A DNA stretch of 61,359 nucleotides, filler included. It is 7 parts of 7 records of this genome, joined end to end, with 100 filler letters (N's around TTAATTAATTAA, not from the genome) between each part and the next. Parts side by side here need not be neighbours in the genome. Positions count along the whole stretch, not along the records: positions 1 to 6,976 come from SRR7504441_985; positions 7,077 to 20,784 come from SRR7504441_987; 5 more parts are not named here. One strand, given 5' to 3'. The notes under the pieces are model-generated. The model was not told where the DNA came from. It worked only from the letters and a program-made list of their open reading frames with translations, and searched no databases. The position numbers and the translations under genes were made by a program. This document shows, piece after piece, positions 1 to 11,285 of this stretch; the first letter of the stretch is position 1, and each line of letters opens with the position of its first letter.

Positions 1-171
1 TGTAGATGTTAGGTTCTAAACTATACGCCGACTATTAATTTTACACCGACTAAAGTTCCTTTTATTAAAGTGATTGTGCGAGTAAATAATTATTAGATAA
101 ATGTGTGGCCTCCATGGACGAGTCCAAAAGTACCTAGGCAATCATATGCATTCATGTGCGTCACAAGACGA

Positions 172-3100
172 TCACACAGAAGCCACAAGTGCTATGCCGT
201 GGCTGTACACCGATTTCGCGTCAACCACTTCGACTTGAATAGTCAATAAAAGATTCTTTCGGCTTGAATCTAAATAAACTGGTAGAGACACCTTCACACT
301 GTCCTTGTTGCCTTGTTGCACCCATCGGAAAGTTGTTTTAGGTATCACTGTGGTGACATCGTCGCTAGCTTGTATTCCTCCACTTGACAAGCTTGCGTTC
401 TCTAAGTTCAAGTCTGACATTGTGAAGCAATCTTCGCCATCAGAATGAGCACCAAGCTGCACCTCAAGTTCAAGCTGCTCCAAAGCCCAGGCATGCTTCT
501 GAGCAGTGACTTGTCGGGTGGCTGTGACAAAGGCTTCAGGTGAGAACAGTCCACCCAACCATACTCCACCAGACGCCACCTTGTCGAGGTTACTTTGAAG
601 AAACTTCAACTGCTCCAACCGCTTCACCAAGTTGGGGAACCATGTCGACATTGCATAGTCAACTGCTGCATACTTACGCCATGGCGCTGGGACTAGTCCC
701 TTGCTTAGCTCGAGGGCAATGTCTCGTATCAGCTGTGATGCCTTGGCGCCCTGGCACAAGGCAGCAACCTCATTGAGATTGCTCACAATTGTTTGTTGCA
801 ACTGGAGGCCAAAGGCGACCTCACGATCTAGGAACCGGGCAATAGGGTTGGACAGATTGTCTGTGGTTGCCTCCATCTTGCAGAGCTCTTTGGGCATCAT
901 TTGAATCCAAGAGTCCACGAAGGGGCTCAATGCCCTCAGCCATGCCGGCTGTGTGTTTTCGTCACTCTCCCCAGCGTTCTCATCTAAGTCATCACCAGCA
1001 TCAACATCGACCACAGGCTGCATCTGCTGCAGATCCTTGATGACTTTCTTGGTGTGGTTTATTGAAAGCATGAGCTCTGCATTCGATGATAGGCCTAGCC
1101 ACGTTGGAGGTTGGTTTTCTGGCAGCGTGTTGATCCATTTCAAAACGTCTGCATGTTTGCTGCTTTCTGGGAGCCTCACAGATTCGCTGCCTACAAGCGA
1201 GAAATCTTCATTGTAAGTCCCAGCATGGAAGTATCGCTCAATGAATGACATCAAAGTCTTTGTGTCGAAGACATTGTCAACTCGTCCACCATAAATTACA
1301 TGACACAGGATTTGACGCAGCGCGTTCCATGGTATCTTTTCAGGCGCAATATTTGAGCGCCCAGCAGCACTCGAATCAATCCAGTAATCGATTGAGTCAA
1401 GGCCATGTCTGACATCATTGTCGCTGAATTCATACCGCTTGGTCCAACCAACTGGACAGTATCTCTTCCGCTCTTGTACAATCGCGTTGAACCATGCCAG
1501 TAGGACGTAGACCCTCCCTCGCTCCGCAGGTGAAGCTTCCATCCGCTCTGCTGGAATGCTGGAAAACGTACGATTCAGTGATGCCTTTACACCCGCTGGT
1601 GGCTCAAATACTAGAGTCTGCGAAATCCGAATGACGTTCCTAGGCACACAAGGATTCATCTCCATTGTGAAGAAAAGTCTAAAGTCTTGATGCTTGTTGA
1701 GCCTGTGAAGCTGTTTTTCAAGACGCATCAGCCACTCAGGCGCGAGATGGATATTCTTGAGAAGCACCCAGGTGCCTGACTTGGCAGCGGCAGACACTGA
1801 CTTCTCTGCCAATTCATAACCTTCAGGTGAACCTAGAGCAATTGCCTTGTATTGTTTATTCAAGTTGAGGGCAAGGTTCTCAACTTTGGAGCTGGCGTCG
1901 TAGCCAGGCATGGAGCAGAGAAGCAACGGTGTGGTCTTATCGCTCTCCTGTGCCACCATTGCACCCAAATCCAATGCAGGGCTGGTCAAGAATTCACTAC
2001 CCATCACTGAAGTCACAAATTCGCTTGCGACAGCATGGAAACGGTCTGGTCGCACTGCTTTGATGAGAAGCATCCGCTTCCACATGACATTTGGCTGCGA
2101 TGCATCAGACAAGATTGACTGTGGAAATGCGGACTCCGCCGTGGCACTCGACAAAAGCTGCTGCCAGCTCTGCGCTTCATCAGTGATTGACTTCTGTAAG
2201 AAACTGAAACCATCCAAGGATGTCAAAAGGGACAACTGGTCACTCTGGTCTTTGGTGAAGAATGATGGTAGAACGAGTGATTTTTGTGCACCAATGTTTG
2301 CTCCAACCAGCAGCGCGTTCACTTCTGCCTCATCAAGATCACGTGGTGTTCCCATGAGACTAATCTGAGAGAGCCTGAGTGCAAAGGTAATACAATCCTG
2401 GTTTTGAATCCCGCGGCTGACTCGACGGAAGACTGTTGTGTAGAGATCACTGGTCAAAATCTCTAAACGTGCTTTGGAATCACTTACACCATCCAGATTT
2501 GAGTTGTTCATAATTACATCATTGAATATCTGGAGGAAAAATTTCAGTGAGAATTGGTAGAAGAAATGAACATCAGCGAGGCTCTCCATTGCAAAGTAGA
2601 TCCGGCTACATGATAGGGCCAGGGGAAGATATACATTGCTCGCCTGCTCAACCTCATCCATGGTAGCCGAGGTCTGTGCAGCCTTCTCCTTGACCTCTGC
2701 AGATTCACGCTTCAATGTCTCCAATGTTGTGATCACATTGTCATCCTCCAGAATATTGCCTTCAGCTTGGTTCAGGGTGTTGAGCAGCGAATCTTCGAGT
2801 TCACGAAGTCGAACCTTGAACTCACCCTGGAGCTTCAGGAGGTCAGAACGTCGTTGGTCTACTTCTGGCTGCTCGACTTTCAAGACCTTGTTGAGGCATT
2901 GGTTCTGCAGTGAGCTTGGCGTTATAGTGAAGTTTACAAAAGTCACTCGGCTGCACAAGTCAGGAGTGAAGTTGAATGTTGGATCTCTCGTGACTAAAAA
3001 CAACTTAAAATCTTGAGAAAAGTCGATGTCTTGATCACCAAGTGAAACCAAAATCCGTCCTCCTGTTTTGTGAAGCTCCTTGTTCAGCACAGTGTTAAGG

Positions 3101-6100
3101 ATAGGATCGATGTTTTCCACATCCTGGATGATGATTGGAGTACCAAAGCGCATTGCACTCTCGAGACTTTTGATGAAAGCGGAGTCGAGGAACGATGTGG
3201 TCACAATCTTTTGATCAGCGTAGGTCTGGGCAAGGAACTCAGTGGCCACACCTGATGGGTCAATGATGAGGGGATATCGATTGTATCTGTTGAGCATGAT
3301 AACATTCTGCTCACAAAGAGTGTCTGCAGGCAGGCTGTTTGCATGCCATGAGACCCTGTCCCCAGGCGATGACAAGTACTCAATAAGTGCCAGCTCCTCT
3401 CTGAACTTGATCCCAGCTTGGAAAAGATGGGCACTCCAACGCTTCAGCAACAGGGATCGTACCATTTCATCGAAATATCCAATGTATGCCATGAAAGCGG
3501 CCGAAAGCAGGACATCACCTGCAACTGTCGACATCTGGCTTTTGAACGACGCACTACCTTCGTCCCACCTCGTGCTTTCCTCGGACAGGGATTTCAGGAG
3601 CTCGCGACATCTATCAACCTTGCTTTTTACGGACTCCAATTCGGTCTTGATTATTTGTGTCTCGTTGATGAGAGCGGCATATTCTTCCTTGTACACTTGG
3701 ATTTGAGCCTCGAGATCTTTCACAGTCACCTCGAGTTCTGCCAGCTGCTTGACAGAGTCTTCGGATGCTGCTGTGAGAGCAGCAACTTGGTCTCGCAGAG
3801 GTTGGACCTTATCCAAGATCTCAGCATAGAAACATTGCGCAGACAACCACTTTGCAAGTGGGCCACAAGCCTTGGACGATTTATTCACTTTTTCAAAAGT
3901 GAAATCCGGGTTGCTCAGATAATTTTTCTTGAGTTTGACACGCACTTTGTCTGTCAAGAGCTCAGTGTCAAAGTTGACGATCCCTTGGATGAACCCATCT
4001 TTACGCATGGTCTGTCGGCAGGTGTCCCATGCTGGTGTGCCTTTCTCCCCGAGGGCAACGCAGACGGCCTCCATTGTCAGCTTTACAAGCTCTGGGGGGT
4101 TGGCAAATCCGCGCACCTCGTCGAGCTGAGTTTTCTTCACATTGCTCACTGCTTCTTTAGCCTCAATGAGTGCTGGCTCTGCTTCGCCCAGCTCCTCATT
4201 TGCAAGGTCACGCTGCGTTTGGATCTCTTCGTTTGACTTCTTGACCTCCTCTGACAACTGCAGTGCCTCTTCTTTCTTCTGTGATGCCTCTTGCTGCTTC
4301 TGCACCATCTCCTTCAATTTCTCCTCGGCAATCTGATTCTTTTGTTGAAGCTCTTCGTTCTTTGCCTTCAGCTTTTCCTGCATTTCTGCAACACTGGTCT
4401 CCGTTTCCTTCAGCTTTTGAAGGCCATGATTCAAATGAAGCTGCTGATCCTCAAGCTCAGAACGTTTCTCGTGAAAGAGAGAAACGTACTGGTTTATGAA
4501 ATCGAGGTAGTGTCGTGGTGTCACATAGTTAATTCTCCCTTGCTGTTTCTGTAGGCTGATTGATATTTGCTCCACTGCCTGATGAACAAATACCATGCAG
4601 TCAGCAAGGGCTGTGTGAGCATCTACATCTGTAGCCTCTGACACATCTTCGATGTCCAATTTCTTGGTAAGCTCAAAGGCCACCTGGTTGTAGGCCTCTG
4701 GCGACCAGTCTCCAAACCAATCAATGACACAACGATTGAACAATGCTGGTGAACTAGATGTGCGATTATGGAATTCTGGATTTGCAGGATTCATTGTAAA
4801 GACAATGTGGAGATTACACTGAACCTGTCGAATGAAGCGCTTGTACAATTCCTCCTCTGTGTCCAACATGAGACCATCGCGACTTGCAGCTTCCTTGCAC
4901 TGGTGCATCAGCCCAGTCCACTCCTCACCATCAAACAGACCAGGAACTTCACCACTGGCTAGCAGGGCATTCATCAGCTCTAAGAAGGAGCTTTTCATGA
5001 TGTTCCCTTCATCAAAGATGAAACAGATCTTCTCTGCTTTACATCCTGACCTCTTCATGACAGTACGCAAATCGGCTTCGAAATCTGCAATTGAATACTT
5101 TCGTGTCATTTTGATCTGGAACACTGATAGTCCATTCATCCATGCTACAAACCTCGAGAGTACGGTCTTCCCAGCACCACTAACGCCAATCAGCAAGCAA
5201 TGCCCAAGAGGCTGGCGCAGCACTCGGTCGATGCGTAAAATATGGTCAAGCACGTCATCAAATACCACGAGGGGGACATTAAGCTCTTCCTCATAGAACA
5301 CACGAAGCCTGGCCTTTACAAATTCACGGAGTTCCTCTTGTTCAACTTCAGCATAGTCCTTGGTCAAGAACGTTGAGTAGATGATAGGTTTCTTGAGAGC
5401 TTCTTGCAAATTGCATGAAGTAAAGTGCTTCCGTGCTACTGAATCAATCAAGTCGATCACCCACTCACGCTCATGTGTTCCAACCAATCGATCATGGAAA
5501 AGTCGGAGACCCTCGTGCACTATCAACCTAACTAGCTGCTCTTGTGACATAGTCTCCAAAGGAGTGATGGCTTCAAGAAGTGCCCGAATCCATCTTGTGA
5601 GTTCCCGAGGTGAGAATATGTAGTGGGGTTGCATATCTGCAGTAAACCTCTTTTTGTTGCTTTCGAAGATTTCAACCATTGCGTCTGTGACATTCTCAGC
5701 ATATCCCCGAAGTGCTGGAACCAAACGGAGAATGGAGCGATTGAATGTTCCGTAGATGATCTTCAGAGACTCCTCTGCAGGGAAGTCAACCATGAGCAGA
5801 AGCACATGCCGCAAGAAGCGGTGGGATAGCGCTACACGTCCAGCATCTGTGGGTGGATTGCATGCCCCCACAAACTGTACGTTTTCCAGCCGCACCCAGC
5901 TGAGATCGCTCGCACGCCAGTAGCCACCGGCCTCTGTCAGCTGACGAATGAAGGCAATTACATGCTGAGTACCATAACTGTCATTCTCTGGCAAATTGAT
6001 TTCATCACAGAAGATGACCAGCCATCGTCCAAGTTGGACTGGGCGACACACTAAGCCCTTGGGTGTGCGTTTCACTTCACAGTACTGCTCAAGCGTCTTG

Positions 6101-6976
6101 ATGATCAGCTCTGGTCCGGTGCCACTAGAAAAGTTGAGTGCAACCATTTCGAAATCCGGCAGTACCTTGAGTGTTGCAGTCATAGTCATGGACTTACCTG
6201 AGCCAGGTGGTCCACACAGAATGACTGGCTGATGTTCTGAAATGGCAGAATGTAGCACTTCCTCGTGCCGCACGGTGTCCACAGTTGTGATGACAACGTC
6301 TGATGCCCCTGCTTTGTGTGACTCGACCTCTATTGACGGCACCTGTTTATTCCACAGGCTCCAGTCTCCGTCTTCGATACGAACCTCGTAATCCATCAGG
6401 GGCGGCCCAGGATTGGGTGGCATCGGGATCATTGCAGCGAGGGTGGTCAGGTGCTCGCCAAATTTGACACGGTGTTCGTTGTCCATGCTTCCTCCCATAC
6501 CCCACAGGAGTGCAAACACGAGCCGTTTTGAAATGTAGCTGTTCATGAGGTCGTGTTGCAGAGGAAAATCTTCGTGACAAGCGTTATAATCCAATATGAG
6601 CCGGATACCTTTGTTAACAAGGGCAAAAGTGGACTGCAGAGCACGCATGGCAGTGAAATCCATGACGTGAGGAAGTGTTCCCGCAAATTGCAGAGCACGC
6701 TCAATAAGACCATTAGCTCCAGCAAACTGGCCAAGGACTTCAGCACACTGACTTTGTGCAAGTATTGCTGGAGATACCACCTTTTCTTCTTGGTCATTGG
6801 ACTCTTGCTCCTCCTCAAGGTCAAGACGATTGGCTAAGGGTTCACAGAGCTCATCTAGCGACTCCATCGACAGTCTGCTCAGATAATTACGTACAATCAG
6901 TTCTGTTGTTATTGTCTCTTCACTGAACCAGGCCATGCCACAGCGGCTGACTGTGGCAAGGGTGGCATACTTGAGG
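172..6976 (-). CDS. DYNC1H1: Cytoplasmic dynein-1 heavy chain, C-terminal ~2270 aa (end of AAA2 through AAA6, stalk, C-terminal domain); 5'-truncated at the contig edge, no introns in this part
   Basis: AAA3 P-loop CGPPGSGKSMT and AAA4 LIGVSGAGKTVLSRFVAWMNGLSVFQIK are typical of cytoplasmic dynein-1. Also FCDEINLP, NPPTDAGR, stalk coiled coil, PLIIDPSG. The frame is open to the contig end (LKYATLATVSRCGMAWFSEE). Confidence 0.96.
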
Positions 6977-7076
6977 NNNNNNNNNNNNNNNNNNNNNNNN
7001 NNNNNNNNNNNNNNNNNNNNTTAATTAATTAANNNNNNNNNNNNNNNNNNNNNNNNNNNNNNNNNNNNNNNNNNNN
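6977..7076. other. Artificial contig spacer (N44-TTAATTAATTAA-N44)
   Basis: 100-nt N linker whose core gives stops in all six frames; it recurs identically six times. Confidence 0.99.
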
Positions 7077-7350
7077 CCGCCTCCTCGTGCTTGGCCAGCT
7101 TCCGCACCAGCTCCTCCACCTCCTCCGAGCCCGGCGACCGCGGGTTCTCGCCACGCAGCTGGGCCAGATTGCCCATGTGCCGGGACTTCGCCGCATCCAG
7201 CTCGTCCGCGTGCCGCTCCACCGCCACCTTGAGCTCCCTCTCGGCCTTCCTAGCCGCCTTCTTCCAGAGAATAACATCGTTGTTGGCGGCGGCCAGGTCC
7301 TCGTTGGACTGGGCGAGAGCGGTCCGCAACCGCCTCAGCTGCTCGTCCAT
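7077..7350 (-). CDS. Coiled-coil protein, 5' fragment (runs off the contig)
   Basis: MDEQLRRLRTALAQSNEDLAAANNDVILWKKAARKAERELK heptad pattern; divergent from the protease gene. Confidence 0.55.
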
Positions 7351-7537
7351 CAGGGACCACCGCTTGCCCGATCACCCGGCCGCCCGACAAACCTCCCGGC
7401 GCTGTCCCTGCGAAGCTGCCCTGCTGCTGCCCTACTGCCACGCTCAGCGATCCGTCACGGCACTCGCGGCAACGGCAAAGCTGGCCTTCGAAGCAGCTCA
7501 GGCCTTGCAAGGCAACCCTCCCACTCTGGGCCTTGCG

Positions 7538-9154
7538 ATGGGAGGAGCGCGGTTGCTGCTTTGTCTAGCAGTGGCCGCCACAGCCGGGGTGTTTCTCCCG
7601 GGCTCGGCCGCCCCGGCGGAGAGCGTCGAGGCGCTATACGCCGCCTGGGCCCGAAGGTTCCAGGTGCCCCCCGCCGCCGACGGGCAGGAGCAGGCGGCCC
7701 GGCTCGCAGCGTTCCGGGCGACTCTAGCCCGGCTCAAAACCGCCAACCGGTCGGCCGAGAGCCTCAATGGCCTGGCCGCGATGGACTCGGCGGCGTTTGA
7801 CCTGCGAAACGCGTACAACGCCTCGGGCGGCCTGTACCCGGCCGGTCTGCTCCGGCCCGGGCTCCTCACGGACCCTGCTAGTCCGCCGGGGCCTCCCCAC
7901 CCGCCAGGGCCGCCGGGCCGGGCGCCCAAGGAATGGGACTGGCGGGACCACGATGCGGTAACCGCGATCAAAGACCAAGACCAGTGCGGGGCGTGCTGGG
8001 CGGTCGCGGCAGTCGAAGTGATTGAGTCGGCTGCGGCCATTCAGTCGGCCCTGCGGCCCGAGGGCTCGCGGCTGGAGGCGTACAGTGTGCAGGAGCTGGT
8101 CTCATGCGACGAGCTCAATAATGGGTGCAAGGGCGGGAACACGCAGAGAGCGCGAGAGTTTCTGATGCAGCATGGGTTGATGACGGAGCAAGCCTACCCG
8201 TGGCAGGGCAAAGTGCCGGCCCCGGCCTGCCTGGGCATGGTCCCGCGCCAGGTGCAGGTGCTCGGTATGTCCGAGCTCTCGACGCCGGACGGCAGAGTGC
8301 TGCCAGAAGCCGCCTGGCCAGGGTATCTACACCGGCAAGGACCTCTGGCCGTGGCGGTCGATGCGAGGGAGTGGCAAGACTACTCGGGCGGGATGCTCGA
8401 CTCGACGAGCTGCGGCACGATACAGGCAGGGCCCAACCACGCTGTCGTGCTCGTTGGGTACGGAACTGATGCCGACGGGCGGGACTACTGGCTCGTCCGG
8501 AATAGTTGGGGCACTCACTGGGGAATCAACGGATATGCACTTATCCCTCGCGGCAGGGGATGCTTCGAGATCACCTTCCAAGCGCCGGTGACCTTCTCAG
8601 TGGTGTCCGAGCGGGAACCGCCGCATCCGTCTGAGTGCGATAAGTTCAGTTCTTGTGACCAGTGCGTGCAGCAGCCTGAATGCGGGTTCTGCGCTCACAC
8701 GGGCGAGTGCAGTCACGGGAACGTGAGCCACCCAAGCGCGGGCGGCTGCTCGAGCGAGTGGCTTTATGACTCGTGCCCGAGTTGCCCAGCTGAACACCAG
8801 CACGATAAAGGCTTCTCTCTCACCATACTTCTGATTATCTCGATAGCAGCACTCCTCTGTGGCATCGCCATCGGGCTGATGATTGGCGCATGCATTTACA
8901 AGTGCGCCAAGAATCGACAGCAGCCGAGTGTGCGAGTCGTGCCGCCCGAGCATGAATACTCTTTCCTGGCCCAGCACAGGACCAACCAGGGGCCTTTTGA
9001 GGCCTTCATCCCACAAGGCATGCCTTCTCACCACCCCAATGGAGTCGTCACAGATTACTACAACGGGACTGCCCGGGCCGAACCGGTGATAGGTCAAGCT
9101 CCCCGCACAGTACCCTGCGCCCGAGTGGCGCCCAAGGAACCAGATACACCTTAA
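7538..9154 (+). CDS. Papain-family (C1A) cysteine protease with signal peptide, short prodomain, PSI-like Cys-rich domain, one TM helix and a cytoplasmic tail
   Basis: Signal MGGARLLLCLAVAATAG (ATG 7538); WDWRDHDAVTAIKDQDQCGACWA (catalytic Cys), NHAVVLVGYG (His), VRNSWG (Asn); CDKFSSCDQCVQQPECGFC..C..C..W..SCP (PSI-like); TM FSLTILLIISIAALLCGIAIGLMIGACIY. Confidence 0.9.
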   Translation: MGGARLLLCLAVAATAGVFLPGSAAPAESVEALYAAWARRFQVPPAADGQEQAARLAAFRATLARLKTANRSAESLNGLAAMDSAAFDLRNAYNASGGLYPAGLLRPGLLTDPASPPGPPHPPGPPGRAPKEWDWRDHDAVTAIKDQDQCGACWAVAAVEVIESAAAIQSALRPEGSRLEAYSVQELVSCDELNNGCKGGNTQRAREFLMQHGLMTEQAYPWQGKVPAPACLGMVPRQVQVLGMSELSTPDGRVLPEAAWPGYLHRQGPLAVAVDAREWQDYSGGMLDSTSCGTIQAGPNHAVVLVGYGTDADGRDYWLVRNSWGTHWGINGYALIPRGRGCFEITFQAPVTFSVVSEREPPHPSECDKFSSCDQCVQQPECGFCAHTGECSHGNVSHPSAGGCSSEWLYDSCPSCPAEHQHDKGFSLTILLIISIAALLCGIAIGLMIGACIYKCAKNRQQPSVRVVPPEHEYSFLAQHRTNQGPFEAFIPQGMPSHHPNGVVTDYYNGTARAEPVIGQAPRTVPCARVAPKEPDTP

Positions 9155-9334
9155 TAAGTACAAAGAACAGGACTCCGTACGTCATGAATCATTTGTAAAT
9201 CATTCGTATAGTCTCGTCGCACTGGGAGGAATATGAGTGTTTACTAGACTTGTATTTATCCTCGAATGTGTATATATACATGTAAGTCTCAAAGGCGTGC
9301 CTATAGATGCATGAATTGCACTCGCTAAAATCAA

Positions 9335-11251
9335 TCATTGATCATGACGTGGTGTGAGTGTCAGCTCCTTGATCGCGATCCCCCTCGTGGAATTCCTCCG
9401 TGCGAATTGCAGCCAATTGGTGCCGCTGGCCAGCTTGACCTCAATTGGCTCGGTCCAATTCCAATAACCCGTAGTGTAGTGCACGGGAACTTCGGCCTCC
9501 AGCATTGCGCCGCTCCGATTGCGCCGCTGGGTGGAGATGGCGAGCTGCAGGTCTTGATTGACATGCCAAGTGGAGAACTGGAGACTCAGGGAGGCCGTGC
9601 CCGCTGAGCCCACCTCAACCACATACTCAAAGTCAAACCCAGCAGCTGCGCTCTCCTGTTGTGAGGACGGCTTGGCGTACATGCAGGATGAGCAGAGCTG
9701 CTGGGCACACGGGGGGGCGGTTTCGTCAAAGCTCTTCATCACAGCAGCATTCCGTGTGAACTGGGCAGCTGCAGCAGGAATGTTGATTGTCCCGTCTGGA
9801 CTAATGGTGATGTTGGGCTTGGCGCACTTCTGGCCCCACCTCTCGACGAACGCGCCCACTTTTGTCGAGATCAGAGATGGCCCCACCTCGCGAGATGGCG
9901 GCGCCGAGCCCTGGGCACTCACCACCAGCTTCTTCTTGTAAAGCATGAGCGCCCCCCAGAGCCCGCCTTGCCCGTATCCTTGGCTCGTCCGCGGGGACCA
10001 GGTCCGGCCCACCGGTGGCTCCCCCCTTGCCAGCGCCAGCCACTGTCCCCGGAGCACTTGTTGGAATGACGAGCGATTCTCCCTGCAGCTGGCGTCCAGC
10101 ACAAAGTCTGGCCCGCCCTGCGTGCTTTCACCGTTCTCGGACCACCAGCTGTGGCTCCAGTCAGCACCGAGCAGCGTGGCCCAGCCGGCCTCGGGAGACC
10201 AGGTCGCCATGCACGCATGCCCCGGCTGCTTCACACCCCAAACGGGCAAACCAAACGCCCGCCGCGCAAACCTCCCAAACCAGGCCCTCGGCCCGCACTC
10301 GCCGCCTGCGGCCGGGATCTGAGAGTAATTGTGCGGATCGCCCAGCCAGCTCGAATGGCCGTACTGCACATCAGTGCGGGCAGCCATCGCGTACCGCCAG
10401 ATGCTGTTGCTCGATCCAAAGCCTCCAATATGGTCGGGACGCGTATGGCCGAGAGTATCTCTCATCCAAGCAAGCTCCTGATTGAGTGCCGGCGAGCTGA
10501 CCACGTGCCGGCACTCGAACCCAGTGAGAACCTGAAAGGCCGGGTCCAGCTCGCCCGCCCGGTAAGCGCTCGAGTAGTGATTGTACCGCTCGATCGGATC
10601 TATCTGCTGGTCCACGTTCATGTAACTGACCGGCGTTGCAAACTCGAGCGCGATCCCCAGTGCCAGCCGGCGGAGCACAGACTCCGGGGCGCGGTCGTCC
10701 CACGGCGAGCCGGTCGGCCGGCGGTCCTGAGTGGTGCCGTTGAGCAGGCGGTCCAAAATGAGCATCGCCTGCCCAAACTGCCCTCCGCTGGCCCCGCCGG
10801 CCACTAGCATGTCTCGCATCAGAATCGGGTCCTGGAGCAGCTTGTCCACCAGGCTCTCCTGGGCCGCCGCCGTCGCCGCGAACGCGGCCAGGCCGGTCGA
10901 CTGCACGAGCACGGCGCAGCGGGCTAGGTGGAAATCCAGGCCGCCCAGCTCGAAGCTGTCGGGTAGCGACAGGAAACCGGCCGCCTCGGATAGCAGTCGC
11001 TCGGCGGCCCGAAGCACTGGGCCTTCGTCGCTGCTGGCGTTGCCGTCGAAGCTCCGGTACGCGCTGACGAAGGCGTCGGCCTCGCTCGTGGCCAGGGCGG
11101 GGGCCTGCGCGAGCACGTGGGCGCAGCTCTGGTTGCGCAGGGCGGCGTAGGCCCGCTCGAGCTGCTGGCACTTGGTCGTGTCGCAGGGGCCGCTCGCCGC
11201 GAGGAGGGCGCAGTGGGCAAGCACCAGCCCAACACCGCGCCACATCATCAT
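9335..11251 (-). CDS. Secreted protein with a transglutaminase-like Cys/His core and a C-terminal CBM6/CBM35-like beta-sandwich
   Basis: Signal MMMWRGVGLVLAHCALLAAS; core GGECGPRAWFGRFARRAFGLPVWGVKQPGHA; C-terminus YTTGYWNWTEPIEVKLASGTNWLQF...GIAIKELTL. Intronless. The ORF-track start at 11551 overlaps the next gene and is unlikely. Confidence 0.7.
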   Translation of the reverse strand: MMMWRGVGLVLAHCALLAASGPCDTTKCQQLERAYAALRNQSCAHVLAQAPALATSEADAFVSAYRSFDGNASSDEGPVLRAAERLLSEAAGFLSLPDSFELGGLDFHLARCAVLVQSTGLAAFAATAAAQESLVDKLLQDPILMRDMLVAGGASGGQFGQAMLILDRLLNGTTQDRRPTGSPWDDRAPESVLRRLALGIALEFATPVSYMNVDQQIDPIERYNHYSSAYRAGELDPAFQVLTGFECRHVVSSPALNQELAWMRDTLGHTRPDHIGGFGSSNSIWRYAMAARTDVQYGHSSWLGDPHNYSQIPAAGGECGPRAWFGRFARRAFGLPVWGVKQPGHACMATWSPEAGWATLLGADWSHSWWSENGESTQGGPDFVLDASCRENRSSFQQVLRGQWLALARGEPPVGRTWSPRTSQGYGQGGLWGALMLYKKKLVVSAQGSAPPSREVGPSLISTKVGAFVERWGQKCAKPNITISPDGTINIPAAAAQFTRNAAVMKSFDETAPPCAQQLCSSCMYAKPSSQQESAAAGFDFEYVVEVGSAGTASLSLQFSTWHVNQDLQLAISTQRRNRSGAMLEAEVPVHYTTGYWNWTEPIEVKLASGTNWLQFARRNSTRGIAIKELTLTPRHDQ

Positions 11252-11285
11252 GCTGCGCTTGTGTGTGCGAAGGGCGCGGCCGTCG

